DNA from: Candidatus Micrarchaeota archaeon
GTDB lineage: Archaea > Micrarchaeota > Micrarchaeia > Norongarragalinales > SBBD01
Assembly: GCA_018819225.1 (NCBI GenBank)
Contig: JAHJQN010000004.1
Location: 273,715-337,714, forward strand
Direction of reading: 5' to 3'
DNA: 64,000 nucleotides
Shown here: in pieces, positions 38,296 through 47,422 of the stretch
Position numbering within the stretch: the first letter of the stretch is position 1
Layout: every line of letters begins with the position of its first letter
The notes under the pieces: model-generated
The model's input: the letters and a program-made list of their open reading frames with translations, nothing else
What the model was told of the DNA's origin: nothing
Database searches by the model: none
Program-made: the position numbers and the translations under genes

Positions 38296-39093
38296 ATGAG
38301 CACGCGAAACACTAGGAGAAAAAGAAAAGCAGAGGCGAAACGAAAACTCGAAGAAAAAACGGACGAGATTCTGCGAGTGTTTGCCCGAACGAAGATGGTG
38401 AAGGCGCCGCCCTCCAATCCCGAGTTATTGCGAGGTCATATTCACAGCGGGCTTCATAGAAAACGCCCCCTTCATCTCGTGGTGTTTTGGGGAGGATCGC
38501 GACAAGGAAGAAGGAAAACAGCAGGGGGATCTGAAGGGCACGCTTTAAGGACACTACACCAGTTTCGCGAGCTAATCCATAAAAAAGGGTTAGAAACGGA
38601 AGTGCAGTTACTATTAATGGATACCTATTCACGACACGTCAATAAACGTCCAGACAGCGAAATTCAAGCCTATGAGAAAAGCATGCGGCGCGTAGTTCGC
38701 GATAGCCGGTATGCCGGAGTGTCCATTGGAAAAACAAGCGATCACGTCAATTTCGTTCCATTTCCAGAAAAGGCGCGAACGCCTTCTCAGTACAAGTGGG
38801 CGCGAAGAGCTGAAGAAATTCACAGAAGAATCATGAAAAATCCAGGCGTACTTGAAACCTTGCAGAAATTAGCTACATCGCATGGGGGAAGCACCCATGC
38901 ATTATCCGATTATATCCGAAGACATGCCTATGAGGATCCCATGCTCGCGCGACGTTTTCCGAGATCCGTATTCCTTTCATTCGGTCATGACCAGGCTCAA
39001 CGAGCGATCTCAAACTTGCCAACGGGTTTTCTTTATTACCGAAAGGAGGCGGGAAAAATCGGGATTCGAGGCGTTCCATGGTTCAGGGAATGA
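38296..39093 (+). CDS. hypothetical protein with basic N-terminus
   Basis: ORF only. Confidence 0.4.
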   Translation: MSTRNTRRKRKAEAKRKLEEKTDEILRVFARTKMVKAPPSNPELLRGHIHSGLHRKRPLHLVVFWGGSRQGRRKTAGGSEGHALRTLHQFRELIHKKGLETEVQLLLMDTYSRHVNKRPDSEIQAYEKSMRRVVRDSRYAGVSIGKTSDHVNFVPFPEKARTPSQYKWARRAEEIHRRIMKNPGVLETLQKLATSHGGSTHALSDYIRRHAYEDPMLARRFPRSVFLSFGHDQAQRAISNLPTGFLYYRKEAGKIGIRGVPWFRE

Positions 39094-39095
39094 AA

Positions 39096-39216
39096 AGCGG
39101 GGGACGAGAATCGAACTCGTCTAATCCGCTCGCTGCAAAAACCCCCATTCTAAGATAAAATGGATATCGAACGGGTTTTACTGCAGGCGGATGCATAACC
39201 AATCTGCCACCCCCGC
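39096..39216 (-). tRNA. tRNA-Cys(GCA) with ~49-nt canonical intron
   Basis: Minus-strand fold: GCGGGGG acceptor, anticodon stem TCCGC/GCGGA with loop CTGCAG|intron|A, T arm ACGAG-TTCGATT-CTCGT, 3' CCCCCGC, discriminator T. The exons resemble M. jannaschii tRNA-Cys. Confidence 0.7.
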
Positions 39217-39251
39217 ATACGCTTAGTAAAAGGAAAGGAATGCATTTAAAG

Positions 39252-40094
39252 TTAGTTGCGTCCGCGACCCCGCTTTCGTTTCCTTCCCGCGATGCCACGA
39301 ATCAAAGAAATAAGGTAATCACCCAACTCAAGGTACTCTTTGCGACTCGCCATCATTTGTTTGCGTCGGAACAAGTACACGTACAGCAAACCAGCCAGCA
39401 CGCCGTAAATGTGAACGAATAAGTCCGTGGGCACGGATTCCTCACGCGACTTCCCTTCCTGCGTCGTCTCCAGTTTTTTATCGGTTTGATGCAGGCTCGA
39501 ATTCAATTGCTGAACGTGCATCTGCAATTCCGCCGATCGATTGTATTGGGATGCGTTGAGCGCCGTGGCATATTGATTTCGGAGTCGCTGTTGGTCGCTC
39601 TGCAAACGCCCGGCGTACCAGTCATCCACGTAGGTTGCTCCGGGAATCACAATGAAACTTAACAGGAACGGAATGGCCAACAGCACCACCAAGGCTTGTT
39701 TGGGTTTTAACGCGAGCGCAGCACCCAACAGACCGGATATGCCGGCGCTGGCGCCAATTAATGCGATAAACGGATTCGTCAGCGCGAAAATGAAGGACGC
39801 CAGGATACCCGAGAAAAGGAATACGGAGACCACGTGCGGCCAGGCCACCGCCATTTCAAAAACAAGCGCGAACAAGATCAAAGGAATTAAGTTCCCGATA
39901 AAATGCAGAATGCCGACGTGCACGAACAAGTGCGTGACATAGGAATAGGGGTTGAGGTTCGTCAACGCGTATTCGTACAACGAAGAAGATGGGATGTACG
40001 TGGTTTCTTGGGACAAAAGGACATAGACGATAATCAATGAAAGCGCCAAAATAAGGGTTCCCCAAGGAAAACGCTTGAATTCAACGAACGGCAT
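39252..40094 (-). CDS. rhomboid-family intramembrane serine protease
   Basis: GASAGISGLLGAA (GxSG) and a downstream His in a TM helix; six or seven TM segments. Confidence 0.75.
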   Translation of the reverse strand: MPFVEFKRFPWGTLILALSLIIVYVLLSQETTYIPSSSLYEYALTNLNPYSYVTHLFVHVGILHFIGNLIPLILFALVFEMAVAWPHVVSVFLFSGILASFIFALTNPFIALIGASAGISGLLGAALALKPKQALVVLLAIPFLLSFIVIPGATYVDDWYAGRLQSDQQRLRNQYATALNASQYNRSAELQMHVQQLNSSLHQTDKKLETTQEGKSREESVPTDLFVHIYGVLAGLLYVYLFRRKQMMASRKEYLELGDYLISLIRGIAGRKRKRGRGRN

Positions 40095-40284
40095 GCTCCT
40101 TTTTCACACGATCAGCATATAAAGCTATATTCGTTCGGAAAACCCCGAATATTAGCGCTTGAACAATACAGATGAATCTAAAATCATATAAAAACAATAC
40201 AATTGTCTTAATAATTAGGAAAAGGTATTTATTTGCGAATATTTTTATCCGTATCGACTAATACGTTTAAATAGAGAAGGGGGT

Positions 40285-41754
40285 TTGCCGATGGAAATGA
40301 AAACAGTCCAGCAGTATAAAGATCGGGATAGTACATCGCTAGAAGTGCTTCGAAAAGCCCGCCATCTTGAAGTGAAAGTCATCGACTTCAAGTTTACGGA
40401 TTTGCTGGGAAAATGGCATCATAAAAGCGTGCCCGTACGCGAACTCACCACCGACGTTTTTGAAGAAGGCGTGGGATTTGACGGCAGCAGCATCCGCGGC
40501 TTTCAAAACATTCACGAAAGCGACATGCTGCTCATGCCCGACACGAAAGGAACGTTCATGGACCCGTTCACCCAACAACCCACGCTCAGCATCCTATGCG
40601 ATGTAGCCGAACCCGGAAGAACGAAAGACCGTTATGCGAAAGATCCACGCCACACGGCCCAAAAAGCGGAAGCGTACCTGAAGCGAACCGGTATAGCCGA
40701 CACGAGTTATTGGGGTCCTGAAATCGAATTCTTTATCTTCGATAATATCAGTTACCACAACAACAACATGGAAGCGGGTTACCGAATCGGAATCGGCGAA
40801 AGCCACGAAACGGGCGGTACGAGCAGTCTCGGCCACAAGATCCGGCCCAAAGAAGGCTATTTTCCAGTCCCTCCATCCGACACGCACATGGACGTGCGAA
40901 CCGACATGATCCTCGAAATGGAAAAAATCGGTATTGAAGTGGAAACGCATCACCACGAAGTCGCGCCGTGCCAAGCCGAAATCGACATGCGGTACGGCAA
41001 ACTCACGGAAATGGCGGACAAGTCCATGAAATACAAGTATATCGTAAAAAATGTCGCCGCCCGACACGGAAAAACCGCGACGTTCATGCCGAAACCCATG
41101 TTTGGAGACAACGGAAGCGGCATGCACACTCACGTCAGCTTGTGGAAAAACGATGCGACCTTGTTTTACGACGAACAAGGCTATGCGGAACTCAGCGAGC
41201 TCGGCTTGTACGCCACCGGAGGCATTCTCCGGCATATAAACTCTTTGCTGGCGTTCTGCGCACCCACCACGAATTCGTACAAGCGATTGGTCCCTGGATA
41301 TGAAGCGCCCGTAAATATCGCGTACGCTCAACGCAACCGCTCTTCCGCCATCCGCATCCCCGTGTATGCGTTCGGCCCGCAAAACGCGAAAAGCAAACGC
41401 ATCGAGTTCCGGTGCCCGGATCCCTCCAGCAACCCATACTTCGCGTTCTCCGCCATCCTCATGGCCGCCATTGACGGTGTCAAAAAGAAAATAAATCCCG
41501 TCAGCGAAGGATTCGGTCCGTGGGACACGAACATTTACAGTCTCCCGACCGCCGAACGCCATAAGATAAAAAACGTTCCGGGCTCCCTCGACGCCGCGCT
41601 AGACGAACTGGAGAACGATCAACAATACCTGTTGGAAGGCGGCGTGTTTTCAAAAGAATTACTGCAGGTTTGGACGGAAGTGAAACGCCAGGAAGCAGAA
41701 AGCGCGCGCATCCGACCCAGCCCGTACGAATTCCACTTGTATTACGACGTGTAA
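40285..41754 (+). CDS. glnA: glutamine synthetase type I
   Basis: Full-length GS: beta-grasp N-domain plus catalytic domain motifs (MPKPMFGDNGSGMHTH, NPYFAFSAILMAAIDG). Long AT-rich promoter region upstream. Confidence 0.9.
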   Translation: MPMEMKTVQQYKDRDSTSLEVLRKARHLEVKVIDFKFTDLLGKWHHKSVPVRELTTDVFEEGVGFDGSSIRGFQNIHESDMLLMPDTKGTFMDPFTQQPTLSILCDVAEPGRTKDRYAKDPRHTAQKAEAYLKRTGIADTSYWGPEIEFFIFDNISYHNNNMEAGYRIGIGESHETGGTSSLGHKIRPKEGYFPVPPSDTHMDVRTDMILEMEKIGIEVETHHHEVAPCQAEIDMRYGKLTEMADKSMKYKYIVKNVAARHGKTATFMPKPMFGDNGSGMHTHVSLWKNDATLFYDEQGYAELSELGLYATGGILRHINSLLAFCAPTTNSYKRLVPGYEAPVNIAYAQRNRSSAIRIPVYAFGPQNAKSKRIEFRCPDPSSNPYFAFSAILMAAIDGVKKKINPVSEGFGPWDTNIYSLPTAERHKIKNVPGSLDAALDELENDQQYLLEGGVFSKELLQVWTEVKRQEAESARIRPSPYEFHLYYDV

Positions 41755-41866
41755 TACACGACACCAACGCTTTGGAACCCGCCATCAAAAGGGCGGGTTT
41801 CCTATTTCTCAAGCCCAAAGCGGTCCAAACGCTTTATATTCCTTAAACTTCCTTTGTTTTTCAGAT

Positions 41867-42003
41867 GGCGTGGGTCGTCTAGTCTGGTCTAGGATTGGGG
41901 ACTGTGGTTTTTGCGCCGTAAAGCAAAAGCAGAAATCCCCCGACCTGAGCTCCTCTCCTTTAAACGAAAGAAGAGGGCAGGAATTCAAATCTCAGCCCAC
42001 GCC
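41867..42003 (+). tRNA. tRNA-His(GTG) with encoded G-1 and two introns (37/38 and 53/54)
   Basis: G-1 + GCGTGGG acceptor pairing with CCCACGC, discriminator C73. Anticodon stem GGGGA/TCCCC with loop CTGTGG|27-nt intron|A. T stem CTGAG|34-nt intron|TTCAAAT-CTCAG. Lies immediately 5' of hisS. Confidence 0.65.
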
Positions 42004-42029
42004 CTCATACCCTTAAAAGGCGAACGACC

Positions 42030-43346
42030 ATGGAAGAAAAAATGCTTTCAGCACCCAGAGGAACACGCGACTTTCTCCCCGATGAAAAACGCGTGCGCGA
42101 CCTAGTCGTAACCAGTATTCGAAAACAATTCGAGCGATTCGGATTCGAGCCCCTTGAAACGCCGGCCATCGAACGGTTCGACGTACTGGCCAACAAGTTC
42201 GCGGGCGGGGAAGAAATCTTGAAAGAAGTGTTCCAATTCCAAGATCAAGGCGCCAGAGCGCTCGGACTCCGATACGATTTTACGGTGCCGATGTGTCGCG
42301 TCGTGGCGGACAATCCGCGCATGCCCATGCCCTTCAAACGGTATCAAATGGGACCCGTATGGCGCGACGGCCCGCTGAAAGCCGGCCGCTACCGAGAATT
42401 CACGCAATGCGACGCGGATATTTCTGGCAGCAAATACATGATCGCGGACGCGGAAATCATTGCGCTAACCAAACAAATATTGAACACGTGGTTCAACCAG
42501 AAATTCGCGATCCGATTAAGCAACCGGAAAATTCTGTCCAGCCTGCTGGAAAGTTCCGGCATCCCCAAAGAAAAAACCAATACGGTCATGCTTTCCCTCG
42601 ATAAACTCGAGAAAATCGGCCTATCCAATGTCATCAAGGAACTAAAGGAAAACGGGATACCCGTCAATACCTCGGAAAAAATCGTGGCGCTGACTTCCCT
42701 GAAAGGAACGAATGAAACCATTCTAAGCGAATTGGGAAAAAACGCGAAAACGGAGCAAGGAAAAGAAGGCGTTCGCGAATTGAAGGAAGTCATGGAACTC
42801 GCAAAACAACTGGGAGCCGGTGACGTCATTCAAATAGATCCCTCCCTCGCCCGCGGACTCAACTACTACACGAGTACCATCTTCGAAGCCTTTCTCAACG
42901 AAGGACCCGTTACATCTTCCGTTGCAGCGGGCGGGCGTTATGACGACATCATCCAAAAGTTTACCGGAAAGCAATCCGTTCCCGCCGTCGGCATTTCATT
43001 CGGGCTCGACGTGATCTGTGAAATCATCAAACAAACGCCATCCCTACCTGTTTCCGAGAAAACGAAGGTATTCATCATCCCCATCTCCAAAGAACCCGAC
43101 AGCAAAGCCCTCGCATTCTCGCTTGAAATCGCTCGAACGCTTCGAACGCTTGAAGTCAACACCGCCATCGACCTCATGCAACGCAGCCCCAGCAAGAACC
43201 TGGATTACGCGAGCCGCAAAGGATTCAAGTACGCCTTACTCATCGGAGAAAAAGAAGCGGCCCAACAGAAAGTCACCGTCAAAGAATTGGCGACCGGAAA
43301 AGAAGAACTGCTTCCCGTCAAAGACGCGTTGCGCCATTTGAATTAA
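42030..43346 (+). CDS. hisS: histidine--tRNA ligase
   Basis: Class II aaRS motifs (FRYDFTVPMCR, GGRYD), HisRS-specific region, C-terminal anticodon-binding domain. Confidence 0.9.
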   Translation: MEEKMLSAPRGTRDFLPDEKRVRDLVVTSIRKQFERFGFEPLETPAIERFDVLANKFAGGEEILKEVFQFQDQGARALGLRYDFTVPMCRVVADNPRMPMPFKRYQMGPVWRDGPLKAGRYREFTQCDADISGSKYMIADAEIIALTKQILNTWFNQKFAIRLSNRKILSSLLESSGIPKEKTNTVMLSLDKLEKIGLSNVIKELKENGIPVNTSEKIVALTSLKGTNETILSELGKNAKTEQGKEGVRELKEVMELAKQLGAGDVIQIDPSLARGLNYYTSTIFEAFLNEGPVTSSVAAGGRYDDIIQKFTGKQSVPAVGISFGLDVICEIIKQTPSLPVSEKTKVFIIPISKEPDSKALAFSLEIARTLRTLEVNTAIDLMQRSPSKNLDYASRKGFKYALLIGEKEAAQQKVTVKELATGKEELLPVKDALRHLN

Positions 43347-43354
43347 ACGGTAGT

Positions 43355-44272
43355 CTATTCCGAAGGCCACAAGCACAATCGCAGCACGAGATTCAAGCTC
43401 TCAAAACCTCCGCGAGGATTTCGGGAATTACTGGAATCCAGTGCTCCCACAATAATCTTAAACGGGCTGCGGAGCACGAGCAATTGATTACTATCAATCT
43501 TCGCGCAATCAAACGCTTCTAAAGGAGGCCCGCTACCCGTTTCCAGGAACGGCGCATACTCCAGACCCGTTCCTTCGCCCGGGCGGTAAAGATACATGAA
43601 ATCGCTCGCATAACCCAGATCATTCGCTATGTACGCCGGCGGAATGGCGACATCCAAAATGGCAGCGCCCGCTATTTCCGTTGAACGGGTGACCTCGGAC
43701 ATATAGTGATATCCAGAAAACGTGAACGGCTTCATGATCTCTTTCATGGAACAGCGCAACGCGGTTCGCCCGCGTTGATTTGAATGGCCGTAATGATCAT
43801 CCAAGAAAGTGCCGGTTGCCGAATCAGTGGTAAAGGACTCGTCTAGTATGATTCCACCCACAATCGGAGAAACGTCTTTTTTCAACAAATCGGCTACGGT
43901 AATCAAGTTCGAGTAATCGGTCAAGGAAGGGCAATCAAACGTATCAATGCTGCTTCCATCAGATAATGTAAAACGATCAAACCGATCGTTATTCGATGCA
44001 AGAGTTTTACAGTAACGTTCCGAGTTTGCGCCACCCAAGTCCGCGCAGTACGTCTCAACGTCCCCTAACGTGTTCACGTCAATGAAATACAAGGCTTTCG
44101 CGGTGCTTTGAAGATAGTTCATGAAATACGCGCTGCGCAACGCCCGATCCTGCGAAACCGTGTACGAGTTTAAGGTCACGAAGATCATGGCCACGCTGAA
44201 CACGACGACCATGAGGAACAGGATCCCGTCAAAGAACGACGCTTGGGCTTTTCTGGAACGCATCATCTCCAC
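43355..44272 (-). CDS. pilin-like protein with class III signal peptide
   Basis: N-terminus RKAQASFFDGILFLMVVVFSV resembles archaeal prepilin signals (Q-x-S-x-[ED]). Last gene of a three-gene overlapping operon. Confidence 0.45.
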   Translation of the reverse strand: MEMMRSRKAQASFFDGILFLMVVVFSVAMIFVTLNSYTVSQDRALRSAYFMNYLQSTAKALYFIDVNTLGDVETYCADLGGANSERYCKTLASNNDRFDRFTLSDGSSIDTFDCPSLTDYSNLITVADLLKKDVSPIVGGIILDESFTTDSATGTFLDDHYGHSNQRGRTALRCSMKEIMKPFTFSGYHYMSEVTRSTEIAGAAILDVAIPPAYIANDLGYASDFMYLYRPGEGTGLEYAPFLETGSGPPLEAFDCAKIDSNQLLVLRSPFKIIVGALDSSNSRNPRGGFESLNLVLRLCLWPSE

Positions 44273-44793
44273 CCGGCCACGCTAATGAACGCCAGACCGC
44301 GCTTTCCGTCACCGCAATCCGTTGCCATTGGAAAACTCATGATCACCGTGTTCTCATCCCCAAATTCGATATCTCCGCTTCCCACGGAATCCATATCCTC
44401 ATGACGAGTGAAACTGGAACAAACGCGGGCTGGATAACTACCGAGAGCCGGATTAACCGCAAAGAATTGGTTCACATTCACGGGGCCGCAAAACGGCTTC
44501 AAAATCATCGTGAAATTAAGCTGTCTTTTTAACGCGATCTCTTTCACCAGCGAGCATTTCAAATCGAAGTCGCTCGCCAGATCAGGAACGCGGCTCATAT
44601 AACCTTTCTCCGTTGCCACGTATGAAACCTGGAGCACGTCGTCCCGCAAATCAATGTATTCGTTGCGCGCATTAATCTGGCTTTGAATAAAACCAATGGA
44701 GATCAAGAAAATGAATATTCCGGCGATGATCGGAAATAGGCTCGGAATGTCGTCACCAATTGGGCCAATAAATCCTTTCTTATGCATACTCAA
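44263..44793 (-). CDS. pilin-like protein, putative
   Basis: N-terminal hydrophobic helix after a basic stretch; overlaps both neighbours. Confidence 0.4.
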   Translation of the reverse strand: MSMHKKGFIGPIGDDIPSLFPIIAGIFIFLISIGFIQSQINARNEYIDLRDDVLQVSYVATEKGYMSRVPDLASDFDLKCSLVKEIALKRQLNFTMILKPFCGPVNVNQFFAVNPALGSYPARVCSSFTRHEDMDSVGSGDIEFGDENTVIMSFPMATDCGDGKRGLAFISVAGWR

Positions 44794-44796
44794 TCC

Positions 44797-45513
44797 CTAT
44801 GGAATGGGAGTCGGGAAGCCGCAAATGCCGATAGCGTTGATCGCGTTATCGGTAACCAGATTAATACAGGTATTCACGTTGTCATTAGCGCAATCCTGAA
44901 TCCATAAATGCCGTTCTTGCGCGGGACCCGGAGGGATATACTTGTTCGCGCACTTAATGATAATCAAATACTTTGAACGGGAATTTAGATCGCGATCCGA
45001 TGGACTTAAATGAAGGCTCGTGCGAACAGGAGGCGTCGAAATATCATCCAATAATCGATGCGGATTATTTTCAAAATGAATCATGTAATTCTGGAACGGG
45101 ATACTGGAACCGCGTTCGCAGGTGCGTTCTCCCACGGGAGAGGCATTCACGATTAGCTTGCCGTCCCCCCGAACCGTCTCATAATTGGCTCCCGAGTCAT
45201 GAAATAAGGTTATGTCTACTAGATATCTCGTACGGTCATCCCGGCCGAGTTCAAGGGCCAAAGGGAATGCGAAAGCGCGCTGTTCATCCTCCGCAGGAGA
45301 CTCGAGAACCTGTTCGATTCGGCCGACAATCGCACTCGTAATCACTTGGGTTTGATCCGAGCAAATCTGGCGCTTCGCGTTCACTTGAAACATGAACACG
45401 ATGGCGGATAGCGCGATAATAAAGAAGATCATGCCGAACTTGGTCAGCATCCAAAGCTCGATCTGACCTTTACTGGATTGGATTGGCATACGTTGGAATA
45501 AAGAAAAGGGCAT
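44797..45513 (-). CDS. pilin-like protein with class III signal peptide
   Basis: SKGQIELWMLTKFGMIFFIIAL is a Q-x-E-containing prepilin-like N-terminus. Confidence 0.45.
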   Translation of the reverse strand: MPFSLFQRMPIQSSKGQIELWMLTKFGMIFFIIALSAIVFMFQVNAKRQICSDQTQVITSAIVGRIEQVLESPAEDEQRAFAFPLALELGRDDRTRYLVDITLFHDSGANYETVRGDGKLIVNASPVGERTCERGSSIPFQNYMIHFENNPHRLLDDISTPPVRTSLHLSPSDRDLNSRSKYLIIIKCANKYIPPGPAQERHLWIQDCANDNVNTCINLVTDNAINAIGICGFPTPIP

Positions 45514-45537
45514 TTAAATGCCTGCGCTTCATTCTTT

Positions 45538-46122
45538 TTGGTTCCAATGGAGTTGTTAGCCTCGTTCATCAAATCGTTCGTGCTCTTGTTCGCCATCATG
45601 GACCCATTCTCGTGCATCCCCATCTTCGTTTCCTTGACCTCCAAGTTCAAAGAAGTCGAACGGAGGAAAAGCGCTAACGAAGCCATTCTCGTCGCGGCCC
45701 TCTTGATTGCAGTCTTCGCCTTGTTCGGGACCTCGCTGCTGGACTTGCTCGCTATTCGCATGAGCGACTTCATGGTCGCCGGCGGACTCGTCATCGGCCT
45801 TCTGGGACTGCAGCTCATGTTCGCCGATGAGACGCCTAAAAAGGCCTCGAACTACCAGCTTGCGGCCGTGATCATTGCGACACCCATGCTCACCGGTCCC
45901 GGAGTCATCAGTACGGTCATCGTGCTCACCGTTTCCGAGGGCTTGCTGGTGACGCTGGCAGCTGCTTTCGCTTCTCTGGCTCTCGCTTGGATTATCCTGC
46001 GGAAATCATACGCGTTCATGCAATTACTCGGGAAGGAATTCATCAGCGTTTTCTCGCGTATCATGGGATTGTTGATCGTGGCTTTGGCCATCGGTTTTAT
46101 CCGGAAAGGATTAGGAGCATAA
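45538..46122 (+). CDS. MarC/UPF0056-family membrane protein
   Basis: FVLLFAIMDPFSCIPIFVSLT is a MarC-family N-terminal motif; six TM helices. Confidence 0.7.
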   Translation: MVPMELLASFIKSFVLLFAIMDPFSCIPIFVSLTSKFKEVERRKSANEAILVAALLIAVFALFGTSLLDLLAIRMSDFMVAGGLVIGLLGLQLMFADETPKKASNYQLAAVIIATPMLTGPGVISTVIVLTVSEGLLVTLAAAFASLALAWIILRKSYAFMQLLGKEFISVFSRIMGLLIVALAIGFIRKGLGA

Positions 46123-46275
46123 CGTGCATGCGCCGGAAAGGAATCCAACCAGGAAAGCGGTCAGGGGACGCGTAACGGCAAGCTCGTTAACTGCATATCA
46201 CGTTGCATCCCATGGAAACAGGTATTTGGACGAGGAGCAATGGGTCCATGAGCAAATGACGTTCCCGAACGCGGA

Positions 46276-47412
46276 TTACGGTAGGAAGTCCTGGTTCTTG
46301 ATTTTTTCAGGCAAATACGTGCTGCTGATATACTGCAAGTTCTTGCTGCTCAACGCCTGGATTTCCGCCTTGATCTTCTTATCCAAGAACTTGTCAATTT
46401 CTTTCTGCCACGGTTTCGCCTTGAACCAATCGTAATTCCGCATTTCCTGCGCCCGCTTGATGTCCACGTCCTTCGCGCGAATCGTGACATTCCGCAAATT
46501 ATAATGTTCGATATCCGATATACTCATACCCAAGAACTTCATTTCACGCGATCCCAAGCGTTCGCTCTCGTGCGCCAACGCCATGCTCCCATACTTCATC
46601 GTGCTGTAAATATACCACCCGTACGGGTCCGCGTCCGTCAAACAATAGATGGGGAGCTTCAATTCCGTACTCAAACGTTGAAGCAATCGACGCGTTCCGC
46701 GAGCCGCTTGACCCGCGGTAGTCATCAACAAACACTTGTTGCGCTTCCAGTACTCGTCTTCATTCAACCGATCGAAAATCGCGTTTTTCTCGGCCACGAG
46801 CACATACTCCAAATCGTAATCAACGAACTCGATCTGCTCCACAATGCTGGGAATCGCCAACCCGCCACTTCCCAACTGGTCCAACTTAATCACGGAAGCC
46901 TTTTCTTTCACGAAGTCGCGAATCGTCATGGTTCCCGCCATACGCCCCTTGGGTTCTGCACGCAAATGCAGACGCTCACGGAACGTGTCCAAGGCGACCT
47001 CGAAATCCACGATCGCCAAGTCACTTTCCTTTTGTTCATCAATGGTTTCTTCCTTCGTTCCAGCAATCGTCCGCTTCTTGGCATAATACAAGTCTCGAAG
47101 CGTCGCCGTCAAATTATTGTCCAGCAAATCCTTTTTCACATACGAGGCGACGAGCATGGTCTGCATGAACCGACGCGCATGGGAGACATTGAACAAAAAC
47201 CGTTTGGCGACTTTGCTTCCCAAAACGATTTTCTTCTCCTTCTCGTCAAATGCCACGTTGCTCGAACCGCGAACCGGAATATCGATATGCGGATTATCGT
47301 TCCGATCAATTTCCTTAATGAGTTCGTGCGCGAATTTCTCGATGCGCATCTGAATCTCTTCCCGATCCTTCCGACGCTTGTCCGCCTGCGATGTTGGTTT
47401 GTCCTTCGCCAT
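46276..47412 (-). CDS. top6A: DNA topoisomerase VI subunit A
   Basis: Spo11/Top6A winged-helix and Toprim (VLVAEKNAIFDRL, CLTDADPYGWYI). Confidence 0.9.
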   Translation of the reverse strand: MAKDKPTSQADKRRKDREEIQMRIEKFAHELIKEIDRNDNPHIDIPVRGSSNVAFDEKEKKIVLGSKVAKRFLFNVSHARRFMQTMLVASYVKKDLLDNNLTATLRDLYYAKKRTIAGTKEETIDEQKESDLAIVDFEVALDTFRERLHLRAEPKGRMAGTMTIRDFVKEKASVIKLDQLGSGGLAIPSIVEQIEFVDYDLEYVLVAEKNAIFDRLNEDEYWKRNKCLLMTTAGQAARGTRRLLQRLSTELKLPIYCLTDADPYGWYIYSTMKYGSMALAHESERLGSREMKFLGMSISDIEHYNLRNVTIRAKDVDIKRAQEMRNYDWFKAKPWQKEIDKFLDKKIKAEIQALSSKNLQYISSTYLPEKIKNQDFLP

Positions 47413-47422
47413 ACCCTATCAC

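Noticed and set aside
40095-40284. Looked for NrpR/GlnR-type operators (GGAA-N6-TTCC) in the AT-rich glnA upstream region
   Set aside because: Only weak partial matches; nothing I can support.
41911-42105. 64 aa ORF overlapping tRNA-His, and 39083-39298(-) overlapping tRNA-Cys
   Set aside because: Both overlap tRNA genes; spurious.
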